Source: Candidatus Omnitrophota bacterium (GTDB lineage Bacteria; Omnitrophota; Gorgyraeia; Gygaellales; Profunditerraquicolaceae). From it: a stretch of DNA of 64,000 nt. This document shows, piece after piece, positions 52,002-60,026 of the stretch. The DNA is taken from assembly GCA_030693145.1 (NCBI GenBank), contig JAUYBI010000068.1, positions 16,374-80,373 on the forward strand, written 5' to 3'. How positions within the stretch are numbered: the stretch's first letter is position 1; each line of letters starts with the position of its first letter. Under the pieces are notes generated by a model that worked only from the letters and a program-made list of their open reading frames with translations, was not told the origin of the DNA and searched no databases. The position numbers and the translations under genes are program-made.

Positions 52002-53486
52002 TTATGGAGAGGTTCTGACGGCACGGCCGCCGTAATCGATGTCCCGACCCGCACTCGTGAACGCCGCGTAGTAGCGGTCAGAGGCGCGAGCGTACGTCGC
52101 AGCATTGCCCCAACTGCCGCCGCGATAGCCAGCACCAACCGCATCTGTAACAGGCCAATTAGTAACATTGGCATTTCCTGTTCCGTCTAACGCGCCGTCT
52201 CCATTTAAACCCGTAAAAGCCCTGCCTGTAGTATTCCCTACGGTAACCGGCCTCTCCCAGAGATTTCCGGAAAGTTCCATTACACCATAATAGCCTGCCC
52301 CACTGGTTACCCTTGTACTTGAACCAGTAGCGAATATACCGCATCTTAAAGGGCCTGTTCCCGCGTCCCCGCCGATAAAAGTTGTGTTATTATAAGCGCA
52401 ATTTGCCCCGGCGTTGGTAATTGTCTCGGTGCCGTTTTCTGCGCCGGATATGTCTCGAGCCGCGGTAATGCTTGTGCTCCCCCAGGCGTATTCATTGGGC
52501 GTAGAGACAGAATCTCCTCTGGCTGCCTTTTCAAATTCTAACTCTGTGAAAGGCCTTAAGGCCGCCCAATCAAAATAAGCGGTTACATCCGCCCAGGAAA
52601 TAAAATTGCACGCCCTGTCCGGACGGGACGCGGAATAATTCGGGTAGGTGCCGGAAATAGTATGGCGGTAAGTAGTTTGAGCCGGATATCTGGTTGTGGC
52701 TTGCGCTGAGGTAATGGTGTTTAAAAAATCCGCGTATTGGCCTTGGGAGATTTCGTATTTCATCATATAGAATGCCGCGTATCCTTTGGGGAATGCCACC
52801 GGGATTGGCCCGGCCTGGTCGCCGCCGTAAGTGCTTAACGCATAATAGAGATTACCGGCTGTTGTCCCTACGGTAATCTCGTTTTCTGAAGCTATTAAAT
52901 AGGCATTCGTGGTTGTGGGATAGGTATAGAATGCTGACGTCTCAGTTCCACCCGAACCTACATAGAAAGCGCTGGTAGGAATATAGACCATCTCTATGGC
53001 AAATACCTTTACCCGCACAGTACTTGTGCTGATAACGCCATCCGCGCCATAATCCCAAACAAATTGGATAGAACTTGTGGAAACGCTTCCTGCACCATTA
53101 GCCGAACGCTGCAGAAAAACGCCTTTTTTATCCGCGGGCACAATAATATCCAGAGCCGTACCTGAGCCCTGAGAAAAACCCGCAGGATTTGTACCTGAGG
53201 TTTTAAGCGTAGCGTGATTCCAACTTACTCCTGCGTTTGTGGAATATTTGATAAATACCCAGGCCGCGTCATAATTAGCAGCCGTTCTCCAGGAGTTATC
53301 CCAGGAAATATTAAACTGTACTGCTGCCGTCACTTGGCCTAAAGATACATTGCCTAGAGAAACAGTTGAAACGTTAAGATTATTCGCTTCTGCCTTATCT
53401 ATCAGAAGGCAAAAGACAAAAGACAAAAGACAAACAGAAAATAAAAACAAACAATATTTACATCCCTGCCGGCTATTTTTTTTCAT
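52002..53486 (-). CDS. DGR target protein: secreted/membrane-anchored protein with a C-terminal C-type-lectin/FGE-like fold carrying the variable region
   Basis: 494 aa. N-terminal hydrophobic leader. C-terminal motifs YMMKYEISQGQYADF, VMELSGNLWERP and YRGGSWGN are typical of DGR variable-protein CLec folds. The VR forms its last ~43 codons. Confidence 0.85.
   Translation of the reverse strand: MKKNSRQGCKYCLFLFSVCLLSFVFCLLIDKAEANNLNVSTVSLGNVSLGQVTAAVQFNISWDNSWRTAANYDAAWVFIKYSTNAGVSWNHATLKTSGTNPAGFSQGSGTALDIIVPADKKGVFLQRSANGAGSVSTSSIQFVWDYGADGVISTSTVRVKVFAIEMVYIPTSAFYVGSGGTETSAFYTYPTTTNAYLIASENEITVGTTAGNLYYALSTYGGDQAGPIPVAFPKGYAAFYMMKYEISQGQYADFLNTITSAQATTRYPAQTTYRHTISGTYPNYSASRPDRACNFISWADVTAYFDWAALRPFTELEFEKAARGDSVSTPNEYAWGSTSITAARDISGAENGTETITNAGANCAYNNTTFIGGDAGTGPLRCGIFATGSSTRVTSGAGYYGVMELSGNLWERPVTVGNTTGRAFTGLNGDGALDGTGNANVTNWPVTDAVGAGYRGGSWGNAATYARASDRYYAAFTSAGRDIDYGGRAVRTSP
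52008..52136 (-). repeat. DGR variable repeat (VR) with a GC-rich IMH-like 3' end (cggcggccgtgccgtc on the coding strand)
   Basis: Aligned with the TR at 51143-51270. Every substitution sits at a TR adenine on the coding strand. Confidence 0.85.
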
Positions 53487-53571
53487 CGCTACTTCCCTCC
53501 TTCTAATCTCTTAGAACTTATAAAATAAAACTCCACGACTTTACGGACGTGGAGTTACGCTGGATAATAAA

Positions 53572-53620
53572 AAAGCCCGAATTTCTAATGACTTAAGAAA
53601 TTCGGGCTTTTTTATCAGCC
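53572..53620. terminator. Bidirectional intrinsic terminator hairpin (aagcccgaatttct-N-agaaattcgggctt) flanked by A/T tracts
   Basis: 13-bp stem with T-runs on both sides. It separates the TA/RAYT region from the DGR target promoter region. Confidence 0.5.
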
Positions 53621-53657
53621 TCTGGCTGACAACTAAAAAATTTTTACTTAAAAAGGA

Positions 53658-53712
<55 letters not shown>

Positions 53713-53924
53713 ATACCATTGTCTCCATTAAAAAATCCCCAGCAGGTTATGCCGGGGATAATTCCCTAAAAAACTTTTTTCACTTCGGCAGTCTGCCTTT
53801 CCGCTTTCGCGGAAGCATAACTTTGCGTCCTCCGATTACCCGGAGTTTGCCTTTTCGGTTCCATTCCTGCTTTTTCTATATATAAGTATAACATAAATTT
53901 TATTCCTTTCAAGCTCCGCACATT

Positions 53925-54030
53925 TTTGACATTATATTAAACTCTGCTGACTTTTATTAATTATCAATTATAGTAGGGGAGGTTTAAACCTCCCCTACTA
54001 TTAAAAGTCAACAAGGTTTGTTACACTGTA
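53925..54030. repeat. Repeat family A, copy 3 (aactctgctgacttttattaattatcaattatagtaggggaggtttaaacctcccctactattaaaagtcaacaaggtttgttacactg)
   Basis: Direct repeat of copy 2 (41502-41600). Together the two copies bracket the DGR plus giant-protein block. Confidence 0.85.
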
Positions 54031-54409
54031 GCATTTTTTTGAATACATAGCGTTAACAGATGCGTAATACCAGACTGTACTTATGTATTTTATTTTAACA
54101 GGTCATGATATTAATTGCAATAAAAATCTTTCTACAATCTGCAAAAATTTTTTAACAAACTTTCTGAAAAACTACCCAAAGCTAAACCAGAGGTCTCTGA
54201 TTGCATAGATTTTAAAAAGCTTGAACAGATTGTCCGCTATTGTCTTAATCTGTGTATCCTACCTTTTAATATGCTCATACCGCAAAAAATAATTCCCAAC
54301 AAGATAGAATATGCCTGTGCGTATTACCTGCTTTCGAGGGTATTCCCGTATTATTCTATTAGCTGTAAAACTCCTTTAATTCCAAGCAGTTACATGTTGA
54401 ATGTAATAT

Positions 54410-54667
54410 TTACCTATAAACTTCTCTTCTATGATCAATTCTAATTATGCCGATATATTTTTCTGTCTTTGAAAAGGAATATATTACTCTGTAATCACCA
54501 ATGCGATATGCATAGCAACCCTTGAATTCTGCCTGTAAGGGTTTACCTATAAGGGGGTCGCTGGCAATATACTCTAATGCTGAAGCAACCCTTTCTTTAA
54601 GTTTTTTATCTTTGAGTTTTTGGAATTGACCTGAGGAGATATTCGAAAATCTGATAGGATAGCTCAT
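54410..54667 (-). CDS. relE: RelE/ParE-family type II toxin
   Basis: Short basic protein with YRVIY motif. Overlaps the antitoxin gene. The start is likely MSYPIRF (54667), not the track's upstream Met. Confidence 0.65.
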   Translation of the reverse strand: MSYPIRFSNISSGQFQKLKDKKLKERVASALEYIASDPLIGKPLQAEFKGCYAYRIGDYRVIYSFSKTEKYIGIIRIDHRREVYR

Positions 54668-54668
54668 A

Positions 54669-54938
54669 TTAATTTCTTTGCGGCCGGCCCACCACTTCTT
54701 TAAAGCTTTTAGTTTTACCAAGGCTTAATTCTCTTTTTGCCTTTCTAATTTCTCCCAAAGCTTTTCTATCAGACATTATTTCTAAAGTTTCAAGCCACCC
54801 TTCAAATTCATCAGCATTCATTACTACTGCTGCCGGCTTTCCCCGCTTAGTTATTATAAATCTTTCCAGCCTTTTGTCAGAGTTTCTAATCAGCTCTAAA
54901 AAATGCGCCTTTGCTTCGGTAACAGTTAATGTAGTCAT
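54669..54938 (-). CDS. yefM: Phd/YefM-family antitoxin
   Basis: 89 aa. N-terminal MTTLTVTEAKAHFLELI is typical of YefM. Immediately upstream of the toxin. Confidence 0.7.
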   Translation of the reverse strand: MTTLTVTEAKAHFLELIRNSDKRLERFIITKRGKPAAVVMNADEFEGWLETLEIMSDRKALGEIRKAKRELSLGKTKSFKEVVGRPQRN

Positions 54939-54950
54939 ATCTTTACCTCC

Positions 54951-55166
54951 CTAAATATTTCTCTTTTTACCATTTAAAGTATAAATCATAATTCTAAACT
55001 TGTCAAGGACAAAATGACTATTTTTATGACTATAAAGGAGATCATTCCTATCATCCGCAATGACATCGCCATTTTGGGCGCCCACGAGGGGCGCCCCTAC
55101 GATTGCGATCACACCATGCAAATGATTCGGTAATTCCGGGCACCATGCAGGTAATTCCGGGGACAC
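54951..55166 (-). pseudogene. Fragmentary duplicate of the RAYT/IS200-like transposase (HuH region only)
   Basis: An 88-bp segment (55051-55137) duplicates 55449-55536 within the intact gene. It encodes PNHLHGVIAIVGAPLVGAQNGDVIADDRND. Confidence 0.5.
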
Positions 55167-55198
55167 ATTACTTAATTATTTTACCAATTCAAGTAAGT

Positions 55199-55822
55199 TC
55201 AAGTTTTTGTTTCTGAGGCATAATATTCATCCTCTTCCCATTTTACCGGATTATTAACGATATATTCCCGAATACGATTTAAATCGTTATCATTGCGGAT
55301 AACATGTTCATAATAATTGCGCTGCCAGAAATATTCGTCAAACGGTAACCAATTTTCATTTTTGACATTTCGAATATATTCATTTGTGGTAATTGATTTA
55401 AACGCGCCAATAATATCTCCCAACGTAGGGGCAACCCTCGTGGTTGCCCGATCATTCCTATCATCCGCAATGACATCGCCATTTTGGGCGCCCACGAGGG
55501 GCGCCCCTACGATTACGATCACACCATGCAAATGATTCGGCATTACGATAAATTCATCCAATTCAATAAATTGAAACCGTTGTTGCAATTTATTCCAGCT
55601 GTCTTCAACCATTATACCCACACCATTTAACATTATTTTCCCGCCATCAATATCACCAAATAAATTCCGGCGTTCATTTACGCATACCGTCACAAAATAA
55701 TACCCTGCCTGCGAATAATCATAACCCGCCAAACGAATCGACCTGCGATTCCTATTATCAAAACCTACGCGCATTATTTTTTCCAATTCACGTAGGGGCA
55801 ACCCTTGTGGTTGCCCCATCAC
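55199..55822 (-). mobile_element. IS200-like / REP-associated tyrosine transposase (RAYT, COG1943)
   Basis: 207 aa. RLAGYDYSQAGYYFVTVC N-motif, HuH motif MPNHLHGVI and a C-terminal catalytic Tyr region FWQRNYYEHVIR. GTAG-palindromes (gtaggggcaaccctygtggttgcccc) occur at its 5' end and internally. Confidence 0.8.
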
Positions 55823-55830
55823 CGTCCCCT

Positions 55831-57879
55831 TTATTTTAAAATCTCCTGCGCGGCCCCAAGCACATCCTCAACAGTGGTGGCTTTAAGACAAGCAAAATCT
55901 TTCTGGCAATTGTGCGCCAGGCAGGTAGTGCAACCTACGGTTTTATACAAAACCCTGTTCTTTTCTCCTAATGGGCCCCAGCGCCGCGGGCTCAGACCGG
56001 CTTGACTGCGCCCAAAAATCGCAATCACCGGTACACCTAAGGCTGAGGCCATATGTATCGGCCCGGAATCCGTAGAAATAAACAACCGGCATCTTCGTAA
56101 TAAGCTGGCTAACTGGCTAACGGAAGTCTTTCCCGCCAAGTTCAGCGCTTGGATGCGCATATTTTTAATCATCTCCTGGGCCTTTTGCATATCTTTCGGC
56201 CCGGAAACAACGATAACCTTAAAACCATGCTTCTGGGCAAGCCTATCCGCGGCTTGGGCAAATCTTTCCCCGGGCCAAATCTTGGAAGGACAGCTTGCCG
56301 CCGGATGAATTACCAGGAGCTGATCGCTATCCTTAATTCCGGTTTGGCTAAACAAATCATCCACCCATCTTTCAGATTCTTGTTTGATCGGCATAAATAA
56401 GGTTTCATCGACAGGCGCAATTCCCAAATACCTTATTAAATCCAAAGCATACTCTGATTCATGTTTTTGCCCATACTGTTTAGTATGTTTAATCCTATCG
56501 GTAAGCAGAAATCCAAATTTACGATCATAACCTAAGCGTTTAGGTATCCCGGCCAGAAAAGTTAGTAAATGCAGGCGGATAGTAGGATGTAAAACTATCG
56601 CCAAATCAAATTTCTTTTTCCTCAAGAACCAGGCGAACTTAAGCGCAGCCAGCCAACCCTTATTTTTTGCGTCTTTATCAAAAATTATTACTTCATCTAA
56701 ATCCGGATTACCCTCGAGCACATCTTTAGCGTAAGGAGAAACCAGCATACAGATATAACCTTGAGGGAATTTTTGCCTTAAAGCTTTAATCACCGGCGTA
56801 GATAAAAGCACATCCCCTAAGCGGTCAGTACGCGTAATAAGAATCCGGTGATATAAAATCCCGGGGACGGTTCTCTTTTTATCCTCTATACTCTGAAAAA
56901 AAGAACCGTCCCCTTTATTCGCAAGTAATGATTCGATCTGTCTGAGTACATCCGCCGGTTTAATCGCCTTTAAGCATGCCAAACTCCCGAAACGGCACTG
57001 GGCTTTTTCACAGGGCCGGCAGAAGATATCTTTCTTGACTACGGCGCTTCTTTCTGACCATGGGCCATATTTTTTTTCATCAGTAGGCCCGAAGATGGCC
57101 ACCACCGGCACATGCAAATAGCTGGCTAAGTGCATGGCCGCGCTATCATTAGTAATTAAAAGCTGCGAACTTTTAAGTAATTGCGCCAGTTGGCTAAGAT
57201 TAGTTTTAGCGCAAAGATTAATGATCTTTTGATCGCCAACAGTTTGAAGATAATTGCATACCGGCTGATCCAGCGGATCACCAACCAGGACAATCTGGTG
57301 GCCGGCCTTAACCAGCTGACAGCAAAGCTGGCTAAAATTTTGTTTATCCCAGCATTTAACCCGGCTTCTGGAGCCGGGCGCAATCACAATTAATTTAGCG
57401 CCATTGGCTAAATTCTGCCCGCTTAAAATGCCCCGGATATAATCAACATCCTGAGAAGTAATATTTAATGACTGATATTGTTTATTTTTCTTGGAATATT
57501 CGAAAAGATTAGCCCAAAAAAGATGTTTTTCCTTCATGTGTTTAATCTTGGAGGGAATCCGGCGCAAGGGGCTAAAAAACAGGCTTTTTTTTCTAACGGG
57601 CAGAAGGGCGCCAAAAAAACTATTGCGCAAATCCACCACCAGGTCGAAGTTTGCCTTGCTTAAAGCAAAAAACAATTTTAGCTTAGCGATTAACTTGGCG
57701 TGCTTATCAAAAATAATTACATCTTTGACTGCGGGATTATGCAGAAAGATTTCCTTCGGGCGCGGAGGCACCAGGCAGGTAATCGCCGCATCCGGATATT
57801 TTTGGCGCAAGAAATCCAGGACCGGTAGAGTTAAAATACAGTCACCGATATTGCTTAAGGTTATAAAAAGAATTTTCAT
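55831..57879 (-). CDS. Tandem double GT9 glycosyltransferase (two fused ADP-heptose:LPS heptosyltransferase modules)
   Basis: 682 aa. Two successive modules each start (K/R)ILxxxxxxxGD and carry the GT9 GPxD/SGPxHxA C-terminal motifs. Confidence 0.8.
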   Translation of the reverse strand: MKILFITLSNIGDCILTLPVLDFLRQKYPDAAITCLVPPRPKEIFLHNPAVKDVIIFDKHAKLIAKLKLFFALSKANFDLVVDLRNSFFGALLPVRKKSLFFSPLRRIPSKIKHMKEKHLFWANLFEYSKKNKQYQSLNITSQDVDYIRGILSGQNLANGAKLIVIAPGSRSRVKCWDKQNFSQLCCQLVKAGHQIVLVGDPLDQPVCNYLQTVGDQKIINLCAKTNLSQLAQLLKSSQLLITNDSAAMHLASYLHVPVVAIFGPTDEKKYGPWSERSAVVKKDIFCRPCEKAQCRFGSLACLKAIKPADVLRQIESLLANKGDGSFFQSIEDKKRTVPGILYHRILITRTDRLGDVLLSTPVIKALRQKFPQGYICMLVSPYAKDVLEGNPDLDEVIIFDKDAKNKGWLAALKFAWFLRKKKFDLAIVLHPTIRLHLLTFLAGIPKRLGYDRKFGFLLTDRIKHTKQYGQKHESEYALDLIRYLGIAPVDETLFMPIKQESERWVDDLFSQTGIKDSDQLLVIHPAASCPSKIWPGERFAQAADRLAQKHGFKVIVVSGPKDMQKAQEMIKNMRIQALNLAGKTSVSQLASLLRRCRLFISTDSGPIHMASALGVPVIAIFGRSQAGLSPRRWGPLGEKNRVLYKTVGCTTCLAHNCQKDFACLKATTVEDVLGAAQEILK

Positions 57880-58913
57880 CTTTGGGTTATCTTCTTAGCT
57901 TGCGCTAAAACATCATCCGGGGTAACTACCTGCATACAACGATTATCCGGGCAATTCACTTTATAGCAGGGTATCCGGCAGCCGATATCTTTCTGCAGGA
58001 TAACCACATTCACAGACGGATACGGCCCGGTGATCCTTTGAGCTGTCGGGCCGAAAATGGCAATTATTTTTTTGGCCCCCACGGCATTAGCAATGTGCAG
58101 CGGCCCGGTATCGGAACTGATAAACAATTCAACTTTTTTGGCTAATGCCCCTAACTGTTTAATGTTAAAAACCCCGCAGGCAATTAATGGGGACTCCTTC
58201 ATCGCATCCTTAATTTTACCGGCCAACAATAAATCCGAGATACTGCCGGTAATAATTACTTTGGCGCCGGTTTGGCTGATTAATTTATCCGCCAATTGCG
58301 CCCAATAATCCGGAGGCCAGCGTTTAGGCATCCAGTTGCCTCCGGGATTAATGGCGACTATAAAATCATGGGTTTTGAGTAAATTTTTTTTGAAGAAATT
58401 ATCAACGTGCTCTTCATCCTCCGGGGTAAATGAGAAATCTAAATACCTATCCTCAACACGCAGGCCCGCCTTTTCAATCACATTCAAATAATAATCTATG
58501 CGGTGCAGAGAATCTTTTTTAGGAGGAGTTATCTTTTTAGTCAAAAGGAATGCGCGCTTCTTAGTGCAGTGGCCAATCCTTTCTTTAATTCCGGCGAGCC
58601 GACAGATCAGCGCGCGGCTAAATGATTGGTGCAGTAAAAACACCATATCAAACTTTTTTTTCTTAAGCAGGCTGACAAAATTAAGTTTTTCCAGCACCCC
58701 TTTATGCCTATCCTTGTCGTCAAAAATAATCACCTCGTCCAAATAAGGATTGCCTTTTAATATGGGATAACAGCGGCTGGGAATTACGCAGGCAATATAA
58801 CTATCCGGATAATTTCTGCGGACATTCCTAATGGTGGCGCTGGAGAATAAAACATCCCCTAACCAGTTGACGTTAAAAATAAGGATGCGTTTGGCCTGGA
58901 ATTTTTCGCTCAT
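57876..58913 (-). CDS. GT9 LPS heptosyltransferase (WaaC/WaaF family)
   Basis: 345 aa. ILIFNVNWLGDVLFSS and DTGPLHIANAVG motifs. Confidence 0.85.
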   Translation of the reverse strand: MSEKFQAKRILIFNVNWLGDVLFSSATIRNVRRNYPDSYIACVIPSRCYPILKGNPYLDEVIIFDDKDRHKGVLEKLNFVSLLKKKKFDMVFLLHQSFSRALICRLAGIKERIGHCTKKRAFLLTKKITPPKKDSLHRIDYYLNVIEKAGLRVEDRYLDFSFTPEDEEHVDNFFKKNLLKTHDFIVAINPGGNWMPKRWPPDYWAQLADKLISQTGAKVIITGSISDLLLAGKIKDAMKESPLIACGVFNIKQLGALAKKVELFISSDTGPLHIANAVGAKKIIAIFGPTAQRITGPYPSVNVVILQKDIGCRIPCYKVNCPDNRCMQVVTPDDVLAQAKKITQR

Positions 58914-60026
58914 TTATACTATTGCCTCTTTAATAAATTGCTGATAAACTTTTTCGGTTTTATCCACCATCTCTTCTTTAGAAAAATTAGCGATAATAAA
59001 TTTACGGGCCTGAGCGCCTAAATTACCCCGTAGCCGGGAATCATTAAGTAAAGTAATAATTGCCTGCGCCAGAGCCGGCGCATCCGCCGGCGCAACTAAT
59101 AAACCATTCAGTTTATCCTGAATCAAGGTTTTGATCCCGCCTACGGCTGAACCCACCACGGCAATTCCCTGCGCCATTGCCTCCATCAACGCTAACCCTA
59201 AACCCTCCTGCAATGAAGGCATGACAAAAACATCCATTGCCGCCAGCAGGTCTTTAGTATTTTTAGCTTCCGGGATAAATACAACACTTCCCCCTAACCC
59301 TAAATCCCGGGTTTCTTTAATCAACGCGCCTTTAGCCTTACCCTTACCGATAATCAGCAGCCTGGCTCCGGGAAAGTTTTTGATAACTTCCTGCATCGCC
59401 TGAAGAAGATAAGTGTGGCCTTTAACATCAGATAAACGGGCAATAATCCCCACTAAAAAATCCGCCTGCCCGCCCCACTCCCGGCGCATACTCTCCCTTG
59501 CCGAAAAATCCCCGAAATTATTAGTATCGATGCCGTTATTGATTACGCTGACCTTAAATTCATCCAGCTTAAAATCGATAATTAAATGCTCCTTTACCTC
59601 CCGGCTGATCGCAATTACTTTTTGGCCCCAGCAGCCAAAAATCCGGCGTGAAAATTTAGGCTTAAAAAAACCGTGACAGGTAAAAATGTGCGGCTTAGCT
59701 GACACCCGGCCTAATAAATCACCCAAAACTTGCGTCGTACGGCTATGCGAATGAATTAAATCAATATTAAATTCCCGTATAACTTTCTTTAGCTTCCAAA
59801 AGCTAAAAAATATCTTCGGGCTAATCTCATTCTTGGTGGCCAGGGGCGATGGAATAAGCGTTATTCCTGCCCGGATAAATTTATCCTCTAATTCTCCGCC
59901 GCTGGAAGCCAAATAAACCTGATGGCCTTTTTGTTTTAATCCACTGGCCAAAGTAAACAGGTAACTGGAAATCCCCCCCACATTAAGATGATTAGCAATA
60001 AAAAGCACCTTCATTTGCCTGGTCAT
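58914..60026 (-). CDS. GT4-family glycosyltransferase (LPS core)
   Basis: 370 aa. GT-B fold with the E(x7)E-like motif region (VFVMPSLQEGLGLALMEAMAQG). Confidence 0.85.
   Translation of the reverse strand: MTRQMKVLFIANHLNVGGISSYLFTLASGLKQKGHQVYLASSGGELEDKFIRAGITLIPSPLATKNEISPKIFFSFWKLKKVIREFNIDLIHSHSRTTQVLGDLLGRVSAKPHIFTCHGFFKPKFSRRIFGCWGQKVIAISREVKEHLIIDFKLDEFKVSVINNGIDTNNFGDFSARESMRREWGGQADFLVGIIARLSDVKGHTYLLQAMQEVIKNFPGARLLIIGKGKAKGALIKETRDLGLGGSVVFIPEAKNTKDLLAAMDVFVMPSLQEGLGLALMEAMAQGIAVVGSAVGGIKTLIQDKLNGLLVAPADAPALAQAIITLLNDSRLRGNLGAQARKFIIANFSKEEMVDKTEKVYQQFIKEAIV

Noticed and set aside
52159-52534. Small minus-strand ORFs in alternative frames inside the DGR target gene
   Set aside because: They are nested in a well-supported 494-aa CDS and are Arg/Trp-rich frame artefacts.
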